64,000 bases of DNA. It comes from Minisyncoccota bacterium. GTDB taxonomy: Bacteria > Patescibacteriota > Minisyncoccia > Minisyncoccales > Minisyncoccaceae. Positions 15,251 to 23,311 of this stretch are shown here, piece after piece. The notes under the pieces are model-generated. The model made no database searches. It worked only from the letters and a program-made list of their open reading frames with translations, and was not told where the DNA came from. The translations under genes and the position numbers were made by a program. The DNA lies in NCBI GenBank assembly GCA_041663305.1, contig JBAYMT010000003.1:17949-81948 (forward strand), written 5' to 3'. Position 1 is the first letter of the stretch. Each line of letters opens with the position of its first letter.

Positions 15251-16207
15251 ATGCAATCTAATTTCTGGAAAAAACTAAAAAAACCAATCATCGTTTCAGC
15301 TCCAATGTCAGGAGTCACAGACGATGCATTTAGACTTATGTTTCTAAAATATGGGAGACCAGATGTTTTTTGGACAGAGTTTGTTTCTGTTGAGGGACTA
15401 TTTTCTAAAGGACGAGACAACTGTCTTAAAATACTAAAATTTTCTCCCGAAGAACATCCAATAGTTGCTCAAATTTTTGGCTCAGACCCCTTATACTTCA
15501 AAAAAACAGCCGAGGAAATAGAAAGACTTGGTTTTGATGGCATAGATATCAACATGGGATGTCCCGATAAGACAATAGAGCAGAGAGGGGCAGGCGCAGC
15601 ATTAATAAAAAACGTTGAACTAGCAAAACAAATAATTAGAGCAACAAAAGAAGGGGCAAAGAAAATTCCTGTCTCAGTAAAAACTCGTCTTGGATATCAT
15701 GAAAATCAAATTGAAAAATGGATTGTACCACTCCTACAAGAAAACATTGCCACACTAACAATACATCTTCGCACCAGAAAAGAAATGTATAAAGCTCCTG
15801 CGCAGTGGGAATCAGCAAAAGAAATTGTAAGGTTAAGAGATTTATATTCTCCAGAAACATTGATTATTGGAAATGGAGATGTAAAATCACTTCTGCAAGC
15901 GCATGAATTAGCCAAAGATAATAGGCTTGACGGAATTATGATTGGACGAGCTAGTTTAGGAAATCCTTGGCTTTTTTCGGACAGATTACCTCGGGCTTCA
16001 GAAAAAATAAAAGCTATTATTGAACATACAGAATTTTTTAATGATCCTAAAAGATTTAATGCCATGAAAAAACATTACCACGCATACGCAAAAGGATTCA
16101 ATGGAGCTAAAGAACTAAGAGATAGACTAATGGAAACTAAAAATTATTCTGAAGTTAAAAAAATAACAGAAGAATTTCTCTCCCGCCCAAGCATTAGGGA
16201 AGAATAG
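15251..16207 (+). CDS. dus: tRNA-dihydrouridine synthase
   Basis: SAPMSGVTDDAFRLM, GFDGIDINMGCP (catalytic Cys), TIHLRTR, GNGDV. Typical Dus TIM-barrel signatures. Confidence 0.9.
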   Translation: MQSNFWKKLKKPIIVSAPMSGVTDDAFRLMFLKYGRPDVFWTEFVSVEGLFSKGRDNCLKILKFSPEEHPIVAQIFGSDPLYFKKTAEEIERLGFDGIDINMGCPDKTIEQRGAGAALIKNVELAKQIIRATKEGAKKIPVSVKTRLGYHENQIEKWIVPLLQENIATLTIHLRTRKEMYKAPAQWESAKEIVRLRDLYSPETLIIGNGDVKSLLQAHELAKDNRLDGIMIGRASLGNPWLFSDRLPRASEKIKAIIEHTEFFNDPKRFNAMKKHYHAYAKGFNGAKELRDRLMETKNYSEVKKITEEFLSRPSIREE

Positions 16208-16350
16208 TGCCATTTCCAAAAACAAAATTTCTACATCACAAAAAAAGAAAAAAGCCCTTTTGGGCTATTACAAAATATTACTGGTGGAGTATTTTTTATT
16301 AGAATAGAACATGATATACTATACAAAATAACCAAACTAAAACTAATATC

Positions 16351-17496
16351 ATGTTAATAGGACGAATAGCCATATATGTACTAATTATTATTTTCACGGT
16401 AGCGCTCGAGCAAGAAACTGGATGCGATTTTTCTTTTTTCGGTTCAAAGGGTGACTGCGCAACAGCGTTTAATTTAGCCACGATATCTCTAATAACATTA
16501 TTTATCGCTTTGTTTGATTTGATAATTTCACTATTAGCTTTTCTTGTAAGGTATAATAAGAAAGATCCTGGATTTAAAGAATTCTTTTCCAAAACACTTA
16601 AATTTTGCAAAAAGTTTAAAAATATTCTGATAAGCATTTTTATTCTCATTATTCTACTTCTTTTTATTGGACTAACAAAGCTTGGATATATAGAAAATTA
16701 TCTAAACATTACTTCACTATATCCAGATACCGCACTGATAGAAAATGTTGAGAAAAAAAATTTAAATAAAATAAGGCAATTAATTAAAGATGGATTTAAT
16801 ATAAACGCAGCCAATGAGGATAAAGAAACAGCATTAATGTTTGCAGCCGACAGTAAAGAAGTAGAAATAGTAAAAGAATTAATCAAGGCCGGAGCCAATG
16901 TTAATGCAAGGGATGCTTATAACAATACACCACTTGTCTTCGCAATTAGATATACTAAGGGAGACGAGGGTTTAGAAACAGTAAAAGAATTAATTAAGGC
17001 TGGCGCTGACGTAAATGCAAAAGCTACCAATCAAGGACTCCCCATACTAGCTATTGCCTATAACCCCAAAATAGTAAAAGAATTAATTAAGGCTGGCGCT
17101 GACGTAAATGCGACATCTGATGATGGATATACAATACTGATGAACTACATATACGGAGAGAATAGCTTAGAAAATACACAAGAACTAATCAAAGCCGGAG
17201 CCAATGTTAATGCACAAAACAATGACACGGCCTTAATGTTTGCGATCAGACGCGGATGTACAGAAATTGCACAAGAACTAATCAAAGCCGGAGCTAATGT
17301 TAATGCACAAAACAATGACCTAGAAACGGCACTAATGCTAGCTTCTCGTGGAAATATTGACATCGTAAAAGAACTTATTAAAAATAATGCAGATGTAAAT
17401 ATTAAAAATGATCAAAATCATACAGCCCTAGACTATGCTGCTAATTTCAAACAGATAGAAATAACCAAAATCCTAAAAGAAGCTGGGGCAAAATAA
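16351..17496 (+). CDS. membrane-anchored ankyrin-repeat protein
   Basis: N-terminal TM helices, then about 8 ankyrin repeats (ETALMFAA....VEIVKELIKAGANVNA). Two pairs of near-identical DNA repeats: 16981-17018 vs 17074-17111, and 17179-17226 vs 17272-17319. Confidence 0.85.
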   Translation: MLIGRIAIYVLIIIFTVALEQETGCDFSFFGSKGDCATAFNLATISLITLFIALFDLIISLLAFLVRYNKKDPGFKEFFSKTLKFCKKFKNILISIFILIILLLFIGLTKLGYIENYLNITSLYPDTALIENVEKKNLNKIRQLIKDGFNINAANEDKETALMFAADSKEVEIVKELIKAGANVNARDAYNNTPLVFAIRYTKGDEGLETVKELIKAGADVNAKATNQGLPILAIAYNPKIVKELIKAGADVNATSDDGYTILMNYIYGENSLENTQELIKAGANVNAQNNDTALMFAIRRGCTEIAQELIKAGANVNAQNNDLETALMLASRGNIDIVKELIKNNADVNIKNDQNHTALDYAANFKQIEITKILKEAGAK

Positions 17497-17689
17497 TAAA
17501 AATTAGTACATCCCTGAACACAATAGGTAATAATTTTAAAAACTAGGTTAGAATAATCCCCATTACTGACACACTCTCCAGTTTCCCTTACGCCCCCTCC
17601 TAACACAGGGGGGGTTTTATATGCAGAAATCCTCGCCCCCTACACATTTTCTCAATTTTAGGCTATCATAAAACCACAATTCAATAAGC

Positions 17690-17914
17690 CTAAACCTTAG
17701 TTTTTCTAAGGCATGGCAACAAACCAACCGCGGATAAAGTGCTCTTCATCAGACACCGTGGTTGGTCATATCCTCGAAAGGGGGTATGGGTAGCGAAAGC
17801 TATCACTGGTGGGGAGCTTTTTGTTTCCCACAAATAACAAATATAAACCAACCACAAATATGAAACTCTAACTTTTTATTTTACTGCCTCGCTTTGCGAG
17901 TCTTTTCGTTTTGC
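17690..17914 (+). ncRNA. candidate structured 5' leader / riboswitch-like RNA upstream of 17946 gene (class not recognised)
   Basis: Promoter-like TACACA-N17-TATCAT (17642-17670). 10-bp helix CCAACCGCGG/CCGTGGTTGG (17724-33 / 17756-65). Two consecutive GAAA-tetraloop hairpins (17769-17786, 17789-17804). Intrinsic terminator CTCGC-TTT-GCGAG + T-rich run (17888-17914), 30 nt before the ATG. Confidence 0.3.
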
Positions 17915-17945
17915 TAAAGCAAATTAACAAACTAAATACAGACTA

Positions 17946-18989
17946 ATGGAAAAATACATTTGTGCTAATTGCGGATTTCAAGGCAGACCTACAAAGATAG
18001 GCAGAGTAAAAATAATCAAAGAATTACTTTTTTGGTTATCGCTTAGAGTTATTAACGTTTTTTATTTTTTATGGGAAACATGCCCAAAATACAACGCTTG
18101 CCCAAAATGCAAACAGGGAAGTATGACAGCAATCCTTTATATGGATTTTCCTTCGTACTATTCCATATATGCCAGAGCTTACACGCTAGCATTTATTACA
18201 TTGCAAAAAACAAGCTTGCAGGACATAAAAAGCCAAAAACACATTTTAAAAGAAATAGCAACTATTTTCCAATTTATCGGATACCCCATAAATTTGGTAC
18301 TTCACGAAATTGAATCGTTTGATCAATTAATCAATCAACTAATCTTGTTATCAAACAGTAGCGACTTTGAAATCGCCTCTCTTTGCATAGAAATATTAAA
18401 CAAACTTGATATCAAAGAAACAAAACAAAAAGAAAAAATTGATATCGTTATCGCCAATTACATTGAAAGTATAAAAGAGCTTTCCAAACAAAAAGAAAAA
18501 GCCGTTCAAAACGCTTTTGGAGAAAAAGGATTAGCTAATTTGTGTATTGATACTCCCATAATTCGGCAAGCGCTTTTTAAAACATCCTTGGCAGACCCCT
18601 CGCTTTATATATTGGTAAATTCAGATATCTTTAACGACTACGAACTGCGACAAATATTTCAAAGTCTTGTGCTTGCAAATAGGGAAGGGTTTATAAAACT
18701 TATAAAACATTACAACTACAATCCACCCTTTGAACTTAAAAGATACGTTTCGTTTTTGATAATATGCTCGCTATATTATGGCTCTATAAATTACTCTATT
18801 ATAAAGGAATTATTAAATACGCTAGAAAAAATTGGCATATCAAAAACCGACACCGAAGAATTAAGAAACTCTTTCAAAAGACTCTGCAACTCGCAAGACG
18901 GAAAATACAAAAAAATAATTAAAAAATTCATCAAAAACAATTTACACTGCAACAGCGAAGAGTTCCTAAAACGTAAACCCAAAACCTAA
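17946..18989 (+). CDS. hypothetical protein with N-terminal split zinc ribbon flanking a hydrophobic segment (LITAF-like arrangement)
   Basis: CANCG...[LLFWLSLRVINVFYFLW]...CPKYNACPKC, followed by a long helical domain. Strong 12-bp GC hairpin terminator after the stop. Confidence 0.6.
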   Translation: MEKYICANCGFQGRPTKIGRVKIIKELLFWLSLRVINVFYFLWETCPKYNACPKCKQGSMTAILYMDFPSYYSIYARAYTLAFITLQKTSLQDIKSQKHILKEIATIFQFIGYPINLVLHEIESFDQLINQLILLSNSSDFEIASLCIEILNKLDIKETKQKEKIDIVIANYIESIKELSKQKEKAVQNAFGEKGLANLCIDTPIIRQALFKTSLADPSLYILVNSDIFNDYELRQIFQSLVLANREGFIKLIKHYNYNPPFELKRYVSFLIICSLYYGSINYSIIKELLNTLEKIGISKTDTEELRNSFKRLCNSQDGKYKKIIKKFIKNNLHCNSEEFLKRKPKT

Positions 18990-18995
18990 AACATC

Positions 18996-19033
18996 GAGGC
19001 CCGGCCTTGACCGAGGCCGGGCCTCGTCTTTTA
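18996..19033 (+). terminator. intrinsic terminator (12-bp GC-rich stem)
   Basis: GAGGCCCGGCCT-TGACCG-AGGCCGGGCCTC followed by GTCTTTTATT. Confidence 0.9.
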
Positions 19034-19062
19034 TTGACAAACATATCCTTTTTTTGTAGTAT
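19034..19062 (+). promoter_or_regulatory. sigma70-like promoter TTGACA-N17-TAGTAT
   Basis: Directly follows the terminator T-run (TTTTATTGACA arrangement seen repeatedly in this window). Confidence 0.55.
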
Positions 19063-19082
19063 CCCAACAAAAGGGGATTAAG

Positions 19083-19286
19083 ATGAAACGTGAGGAGAGG
19101 TGCAGATGCACCGAAGAAGGGTGTGGCGGTATTCTTGATACCATTAGCACCACGCAAATAAGTTTTGCCGGTCTAGTACGGCTTGTATGTTTCTGCCCAA
19201 AATGCGGGTGTATGCATTACGGCACCGGTTATAAACTCCGTCTCAGAGGAGAAAAAAAGGTCTTTCGAACATGGAGGGTAGAATGA
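19083..19286 (+). CDS. small Cys-rich zinc-ribbon protein (67 aa)
   Basis: CRCTEEGCGG...CFCPKCGCMHYG. Own TTGACA-N17-TAGTAT promoter (19034-19062) and CCGCAT/ATGCGG+T7 terminator. Confidence 0.55.
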   Translation: MKREERCRCTEEGCGGILDTISTTQISFAGLVRLVCFCPKCGCMHYGTGYKLRLRGEKKVFRTWRVE

Positions 19287-19287
19287 T

Positions 19288-19320
19288 CCGCATAAAACAC
19301 TATTTTAATGCGGTTTTTTT
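19288..19320 (+). terminator. intrinsic terminator
   Basis: CCGCAT-N14-ATGCGG followed by T7. Confidence 0.7.
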
Positions 19321-19321
19321 A

Positions 19322-19351
19322 TTGACAAAAAATATAGTTTGGCTCAATAAT
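19322..19351 (+). promoter_or_regulatory. sigma70-like promoter TTGACA-N18-AATAAT
   Basis: Follows the terminator T-run. The -10 ends 5 nt before ATG 19357. Confidence 0.4.
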
Positions 19352-19356
19352 TAGTT

Positions 19357-19509
19357 ATGTCACTTTGTCCAGTATGCGGAGGAGAGCCTTGTAGTTGCCC
19401 AGCCGAAGAAAATAAAACACTTTTTCAGCGACTAGGACTAGATACTATTGGCCCCCCAAAGTTATTACGACCAATTACGTATTTACCTCCTAAAGACCCT
19501 TTTACATAA
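19357..19509 (+). CDS. small zinc-ribbon-like protein (50 aa, MSLCPVCGGEPCSCPAEE...), possibly leaderless
   Basis: Not in the ORF track (<60 aa). TTGACA at 19322 and an AATAAT -10 that ends 5 nt before the ATG. CxxC...CxC motif. Confidence 0.4.
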   Translation: MSLCPVCGGEPCSCPAEENKTLFQRLGLDTIGPPKLLRPITYLPPKDPFT

Positions 19510-19560
19510 ATACAGGGTTTCTTTTTTTAAAGACTTCATCTTTAATTTTACCAAAAACAT

Positions 19561-20148
19561 ATGGAACAACTAAATATAACCTACACCCAAGCTCAAGATT
19601 TGGTAAATAAATATATCACCGAGCCAATTACCAAAATGCATCTTCGGGAGTCCGAAGTTTTTATGCGCGCACTTGCCAAAAAATTTAACGAAGATGAAGA
19701 ACAATGGGGAATAATAGGACTACTTCACGATATAGACTGGGATATAACAAAAAGTAATCCAGCACATCATTGCCTTGAAGCGCAAAATATACTCAAAGAA
19801 GCGGGCGCTAGCGATTTTTTAATTGAAACAATTGTTTCCCATGTGTATGGGCTAGACAAAATTACCGAAATAAAAAACAAACAACGCTCAACAAGAATTC
19901 AATATTGTCTTGCTGCTGCCGAAACACTAACAGGATTGATAGTGTCGTCGGCATTAGTGCAGCCCGACAAAAGGCTTAGCAGTGTAAGCTTGGAATCACT
20001 CAAGAAAAAATTTAAAAACAAAGCTTTTGCCGCAAAATGCAACCGCAACATCATAATGGAATGCGAAAAAGCCGGTATACCACTAGATGAATTTTTACAA
20101 ATAGGCCTAACATCCCTGCAAAGCATTTCAAGCGAACTAGGTTTATAA
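19561..20148 (+). CDS. HD-domain phosphohydrolase
   Basis: IIGLLHDIDW (HD dyad), with downstream H..E and SHV conserved positions. Confidence 0.8.
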   Translation: MEQLNITYTQAQDLVNKYITEPITKMHLRESEVFMRALAKKFNEDEEQWGIIGLLHDIDWDITKSNPAHHCLEAQNILKEAGASDFLIETIVSHVYGLDKITEIKNKQRSTRIQYCLAAAETLTGLIVSSALVQPDKRLSSVSLESLKKKFKNKAFAAKCNRNIIMECEKAGIPLDEFLQIGLTSLQSISSELGL

Positions 20149-20155
20149 TCCCACA

Positions 20156-20184
20156 TTGACTTTTTCCGATATCAAGACAATACT
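20156..20184 (+). promoter_or_regulatory. sigma70-like promoter TTGACT-N17-AATACT
   Basis: Upstream of small ORF 20203. Confidence 0.4.
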
Positions 20185-20202
20185 AGCCTTAGAGGAAAAA
20201 GT

Positions 20203-20361
20203 ATGAATTTTATTGAAGTGTCCCAAGGAACGCTAACCGCAGAGCAACTCGCAAAACTACACTTCGCACTAGGGAATACCACCCAACAAACAATAAAGCC
20301 GATTGTAGTTCTTTCTCAAGAACAATTAGCGCAATTGAAAGCAAATAGCGAGAGCGACTAG
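20203..20361 (+). CDS. hypothetical 52-aa protein
   Basis: Not in the ORF track. TTGACT-N17-AATACT promoter (20156-20184), AGAGGA SD, CCCAC/GTGGG+T6 terminator. Confidence 0.4.
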   Translation: MNFIEVSQGTLTAEQLAKLHFALGNTTQQTIKPIVVLSQEQLAQLKANSESD

Positions 20362-20426
20362 AACGCCAACAAATCCCACCAACATCGTGGGCTTTTTTAT
20401 TTCCTTTCCGTTATTGCAGTTGTTTG

Positions 20427-20649
20427 CCTGTCATTGCGAACAACGTCATTGCGAGGAATGACTGCGTCCACCGTCTTTGTCCTTCGTAGCTCAGAGAGCG
20501 AAGAAGGAAGCCTTGGCGAAGAAGGACTGCGACCTCCGTAGCCTTGGCGAAGGAGGAAGCAACCTCACTCTTCACCCCTTGTCATTGCGATCCGCCTTTG
20601 GCGGAGAAGCAATCTATAAAGATGCCTTCAAGCTTTCTTGAGAAAGCCT
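20427..20649 (+). repeat. nested-hairpin intergenic repeat, locus C
   Basis: CCTGTCATTGCGA..GTCATTGCGAG...multiple CGAAG/GGAGG hairpins...GGAAGCAACCT. Then simple unit TTGTCATTGCGA-TCCGCC-TTT-GGCGGA-GAAGCAATCT (20579-20615). Then hairpin AGCTTTC-TTGA-GAAAGC. Confidence 0.85.
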
Positions 20650-20652
20650 CAA

Positions 20653-20687
20653 TGTACTAATTACTGATTACCAATTACGAATTACTA
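20653..20687 (+). repeat. phased heptamer array (5 units)
   Basis: TGTACTA ATTACTG ATTACCA ATTACGA ATTACTA. 8 nt before TTGACA at 20696. Confidence 0.8.
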
Positions 20688-20695
20688 AAATATTA

Positions 20696-20724
20696 TTGAC
20701 ATCAATCCAATAATGGATTATATA
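20696..20724 (+). promoter_or_regulatory. sigma70-like promoter TTGACA-N17-TATATA
   Basis: 8 nt after the heptamer array. The -10 ends 7 nt before GTG 20732. Confidence 0.5.
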
Positions 20725-20731
20725 AATTATT

Positions 20732-20869
20732 GTGCAAAGCGAACAAGTAGGGACCTGTACGCTCGAGAGAACAATAATCAACGGCGAAACATGGTACAAA
20801 TGCAAATGCAATAAAGTTCCATGGAAGGATCATTGCCCCAACTGTGGACGTATGGCGCCAAAAACATAA
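20732..20869 (+). CDS. small zinc-ribbon protein (45 aa, GTG start; ...CTLERTIINGETWYKCKCNKVPWKDHCPNCG...), possibly leaderless
   Basis: Not in the ORF track. TTGACA-N17-TATATA (20696-20724) ends 7 nt before the GTG. AAGTAC-GAGA-GTACTT+T7 terminator after the stop. Confidence 0.4.
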   Translation: MQSEQVGTCTLERTIINGETWYKCKCNKVPWKDHCPNCGRMAPKT

Positions 20870-20954
20870 GTACGAGAGTACTTTTTTTCTTACTCCAATA
20901 ATTTTATTGACAAACAAGCTCTGCCATACTACAAGAAAGATAGAGGAAGTCACG

Positions 20955-21344
20955 ATGTACATTTTTACAACACTGTACCTATGGGTATTTAAAAAACGGC
21001 TTTTTGAAGAAAGTTTTGGAATCGCCTTTCCTAAAACAGAAGCGGAAAGAAACAAAATCGCTCCAGAAATCAAAAAGGCACTTACCCAAATTTGCGGAGA
21101 AATGGAATCGGCCAAAACCGAATTGGAAAAGCATGGGCTATCAACCTTTTCCAATCCCAACCCTGTTACTGCGACATGGTGCATCGCAGCAACAAAACAA
21201 AAGACGGAAAAAGAAGAATTATACGCAAAACTTTCGCGTCTTGCGCGTTGGGCAGGGTATTCGCCTTTGTTTTTCGAAAAAATCGAAAACACGGCAAAAG
21301 AAATCGGAAAGGACGGTGGCCTAACTTTTTCCACCGGAACATAG
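20955..21344 (+). CDS. hypothetical protein (129 aa)
   Basis: Start moved to the ATG preceded by AGAGGAAG; the listed start 20844 lies in the previous gene and terminator. Hairpin+T8 terminator after the stop. Confidence 0.5.
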   Translation: MYIFTTLYLWVFKKRLFEESFGIAFPKTEAERNKIAPEIKKALTQICGEMESAKTELEKHGLSTFSNPNPVTATWCIAATKQKTEKEELYAKLSRLARWAGYSPLFFEKIENTAKEIGKDGGLTFSTGT

Positions 21345-21373
21345 ACCAAATGGTCTTTTTTTTATTACTTCTA

Positions 21374-21402
21374 TTGACACACCAGATAAAAAATTGTATT
21401 TT
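21374..21402 (+). promoter_or_regulatory. sigma70-like promoter TTGACA-N17-TATTTT
   Basis: Upstream of 21422 (AGAGG SD). Confidence 0.5.
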
Positions 21403-21421
21403 AAAATCAGAGGTATGAAAA

Positions 21422-21703
21422 ATGCCAAACATTGAAGTATATGGAAAGGAAAAAAAAGACCAGCAAGAAGTAATCAATGCAATTTATGCGATTTTTCTTC
21501 ACAATTTTCCCGAAAAGTTTGATGATGTCGTCATAACTTTTGTTAATTCAGGGGTGTATGATCTTTTTGGGAGTAAAAAGCCATTCGTTCGGGTATATCA
21601 CACAAATTTGGAAGAAGCAAAGCAGATAGCAAAGGTTTTATCTGCATATATGGATGCCGAAGTTATGCTGCTGACCGCATTTTTCGAAAACAGCAAAGCA
21701 TGA
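21422..21703 (+). CDS. small Pro-1 tautomerase-like protein (tentative)
   Basis: MPNIEVYGKEKKDQQEVINAIYAIF...VVITFV resembles the 4-OT beta-alpha-beta unit. TTGACA-N17-TATTTT promoter, AGAGG SD, GAACC-A5-GGTTC+T7 terminator. Confidence 0.5.
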   Translation: MPNIEVYGKEKKDQQEVINAIYAIFLHNFPEKFDDVVITFVNSGVYDLFGSKKPFVRVYHTNLEEAKQIAKVLSAYMDAEVMLLTAFFENSKA

Positions 21704-21723
21704 ACCAAAAAGGTTCTTTTTTT
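21702..21723 (+). terminator. intrinsic terminator
   Basis: GAACC-AAAAA-GGTTC followed by T7. Confidence 0.75.
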
Positions 21724-21770
21724 AATTTAAAACTCTTTTCTATTTTCTATTTTTTTGGTAAAATTACCTT

Positions 21771-23210
21771 ATGAATAAAAAGTCTTTTACTCTAATTGAA
21801 CTTTTGATTGTAATTGCCATTATTGGTATTCTTGCCGGTATTCTTATTGTCTCAATGATAAGCGCTACTAATAATGCTAATGACGCTAGAAGAAAAGCCG
21901 ACATCAGCCAGATAGTAAGTTCACTATTAGCATACAACGCCTCAAATGGCAGTTATCCTTCTTCTAGTACCTGCGACATTGGAAGTAATTGCTCCGCTCA
22001 AGTTAATACAGCCTTAGGGGATTCGGTTAATGCTACAGATCCAATTGCTGGAAATTATTATACATATTGGTCCGATGGTAATGTTTTTATCATAAATGGC
22101 GTATTGTCTGACTCATCCGATTATAGTTATGTTTCTTCAGTTGGATATCTTACCGATCCAACTGTTCCTACATGCGGAACAGCCAGCAAAACATACTACG
22201 CCACATCATCTACATACGGATCAAATACTTACTGCGTTAATGGAACAGAAACATCCACTCCTGATTTTCCGGGAATAGGCGAAACAAAAACTTGGGTCTG
22301 CAATGGAAATGGAATTGATGTTAATTGCAGTGCCAGTAGGGTAGCCAGCGCCTGCACAGCTAGTAATTCTTGCACCGAAACAACAAGTGGCACATACACA
22401 GTAAATAAATACTCAACCGTTGGATCAACCACATGGGTAGTTCCTACAGGCATAACTCAAGTTGAATATTTGGTTATTGCTGGAGGTGGCGGTGGTGGAG
22501 GATCGGCACAAAGCAATGGTGTGACTGGAGCTGGAGGCGGAGCCGGAGGCTATAGGACAGGTACACTGGGCGTATCGGGAACTATAAACATAGCCATTGG
22601 AAACGGTGGAGCTGGTGGAGCAGGATACTCAGATGGAAATGGTGTTAATAATAGCGGATCAAACGGACAAGATTCTTCATTTAGTTCAATCACCTCTGCT
22701 GGAGGTGGCGGTGGTGCTGGCGGAGCAGCTGGATCTACGGCTGGATTATCAGGTGGTTCTGGTGGTGGTGGTGCTGGTTATGGTAATTATGCAGGTGGAG
22801 CGGGAAACACTCCAAGCACCAGCCCAAGCCAAGGATACAATGGAGGAAACGGAATTGGTGATGCATCATACGCTGGAGGTGGCGGTGGTGGAGCAGGTGG
22901 AGCAGGAGGTACAGGATCAACAAGTACCGGACAACCAGCTGGCGCAGGAGGCATTGGAATTACAACTAGCTTTTCGGGAGTATCCACAACCTATGCCGGA
23001 GGTGGCGGAGGAGGTGGAAGCTCATCCTTATCACGATGTACCGCTGGACCAGGAGGAAGTGGCGTAGGGGGAAACGGAGGATACATAAGCGCAGGCGCTA
23101 ATGGAGTTGCAAATACTGGCAGTGGTGGCGGAGGAGGAGGCGCAACTGGATATTATGCTGGAGGAAATGGAGGATCAGGAATTGTAATCGTAAGATTTAC
23201 TACACCCTAA
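21771..23210 (+). CDS. type IV pilin-like (prepilin N-terminal methylation motif) protein fused to glycine-rich C-terminal domain
   Basis: KSFTLIELLIVIAIIGILAGI is a class III signal. The C-terminal 250 aa are GGxGG-rich, bracketed by VEYLVIAGGGGGGGS and GGNGGSGIVIVRF. Confidence 0.8.
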   Translation: MNKKSFTLIELLIVIAIIGILAGILIVSMISATNNANDARRKADISQIVSSLLAYNASNGSYPSSSTCDIGSNCSAQVNTALGDSVNATDPIAGNYYTYWSDGNVFIINGVLSDSSDYSYVSSVGYLTDPTVPTCGTASKTYYATSSTYGSNTYCVNGTETSTPDFPGIGETKTWVCNGNGIDVNCSASRVASACTASNSCTETTSGTYTVNKYSTVGSTTWVVPTGITQVEYLVIAGGGGGGGSAQSNGVTGAGGGAGGYRTGTLGVSGTINIAIGNGGAGGAGYSDGNGVNNSGSNGQDSSFSSITSAGGGGGAGGAAGSTAGLSGGSGGGGAGYGNYAGGAGNTPSTSPSQGYNGGNGIGDASYAGGGGGGAGGAGGTGSTSTGQPAGAGGIGITTSFSGVSTTYAGGGGGGGSSSLSRCTAGPGGSGVGGNGGYISAGANGVANTGSGGGGGGATGYYAGGNGGSGIVIVRFTTP

Positions 23211-23217
23211 CAAATTT

Positions 23218-23240
23218 AAAAGCGCGAAAGCGCTTTTTTA
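23218..23240 (+). terminator. intrinsic terminator
   Basis: AAAAGCGC-GAAA-GCGCTTTT followed by a T-run. Confidence 0.8.
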
Positions 23241-23311
23241 GTTTTTGATTTATTGCGTAATATTTAAAAATTTAGTATAAATAATCCAAGACAAATATTA
23301 AGAATAAAAAG

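Noticed and set aside
20702-21349. 215-aa minus-strand ORF, and the long N-terminal extension of the 166-aa plus ORF (20844)
   Set aside because: Both span two plus-strand promoter/terminator-delimited micro-genes. The sequence is low-complexity, and no SD or terminator supports them.
22597-23067. Alternative-frame ORFs inside the glycine-rich region (22597..23067 +, 22735..22923 -, 22787..22987 -)
   Set aside because: They are artefacts of the GGT/GGA repeat. The pilin-fusion frame is continuous from a canonical prepilin N-terminus to a terminator.
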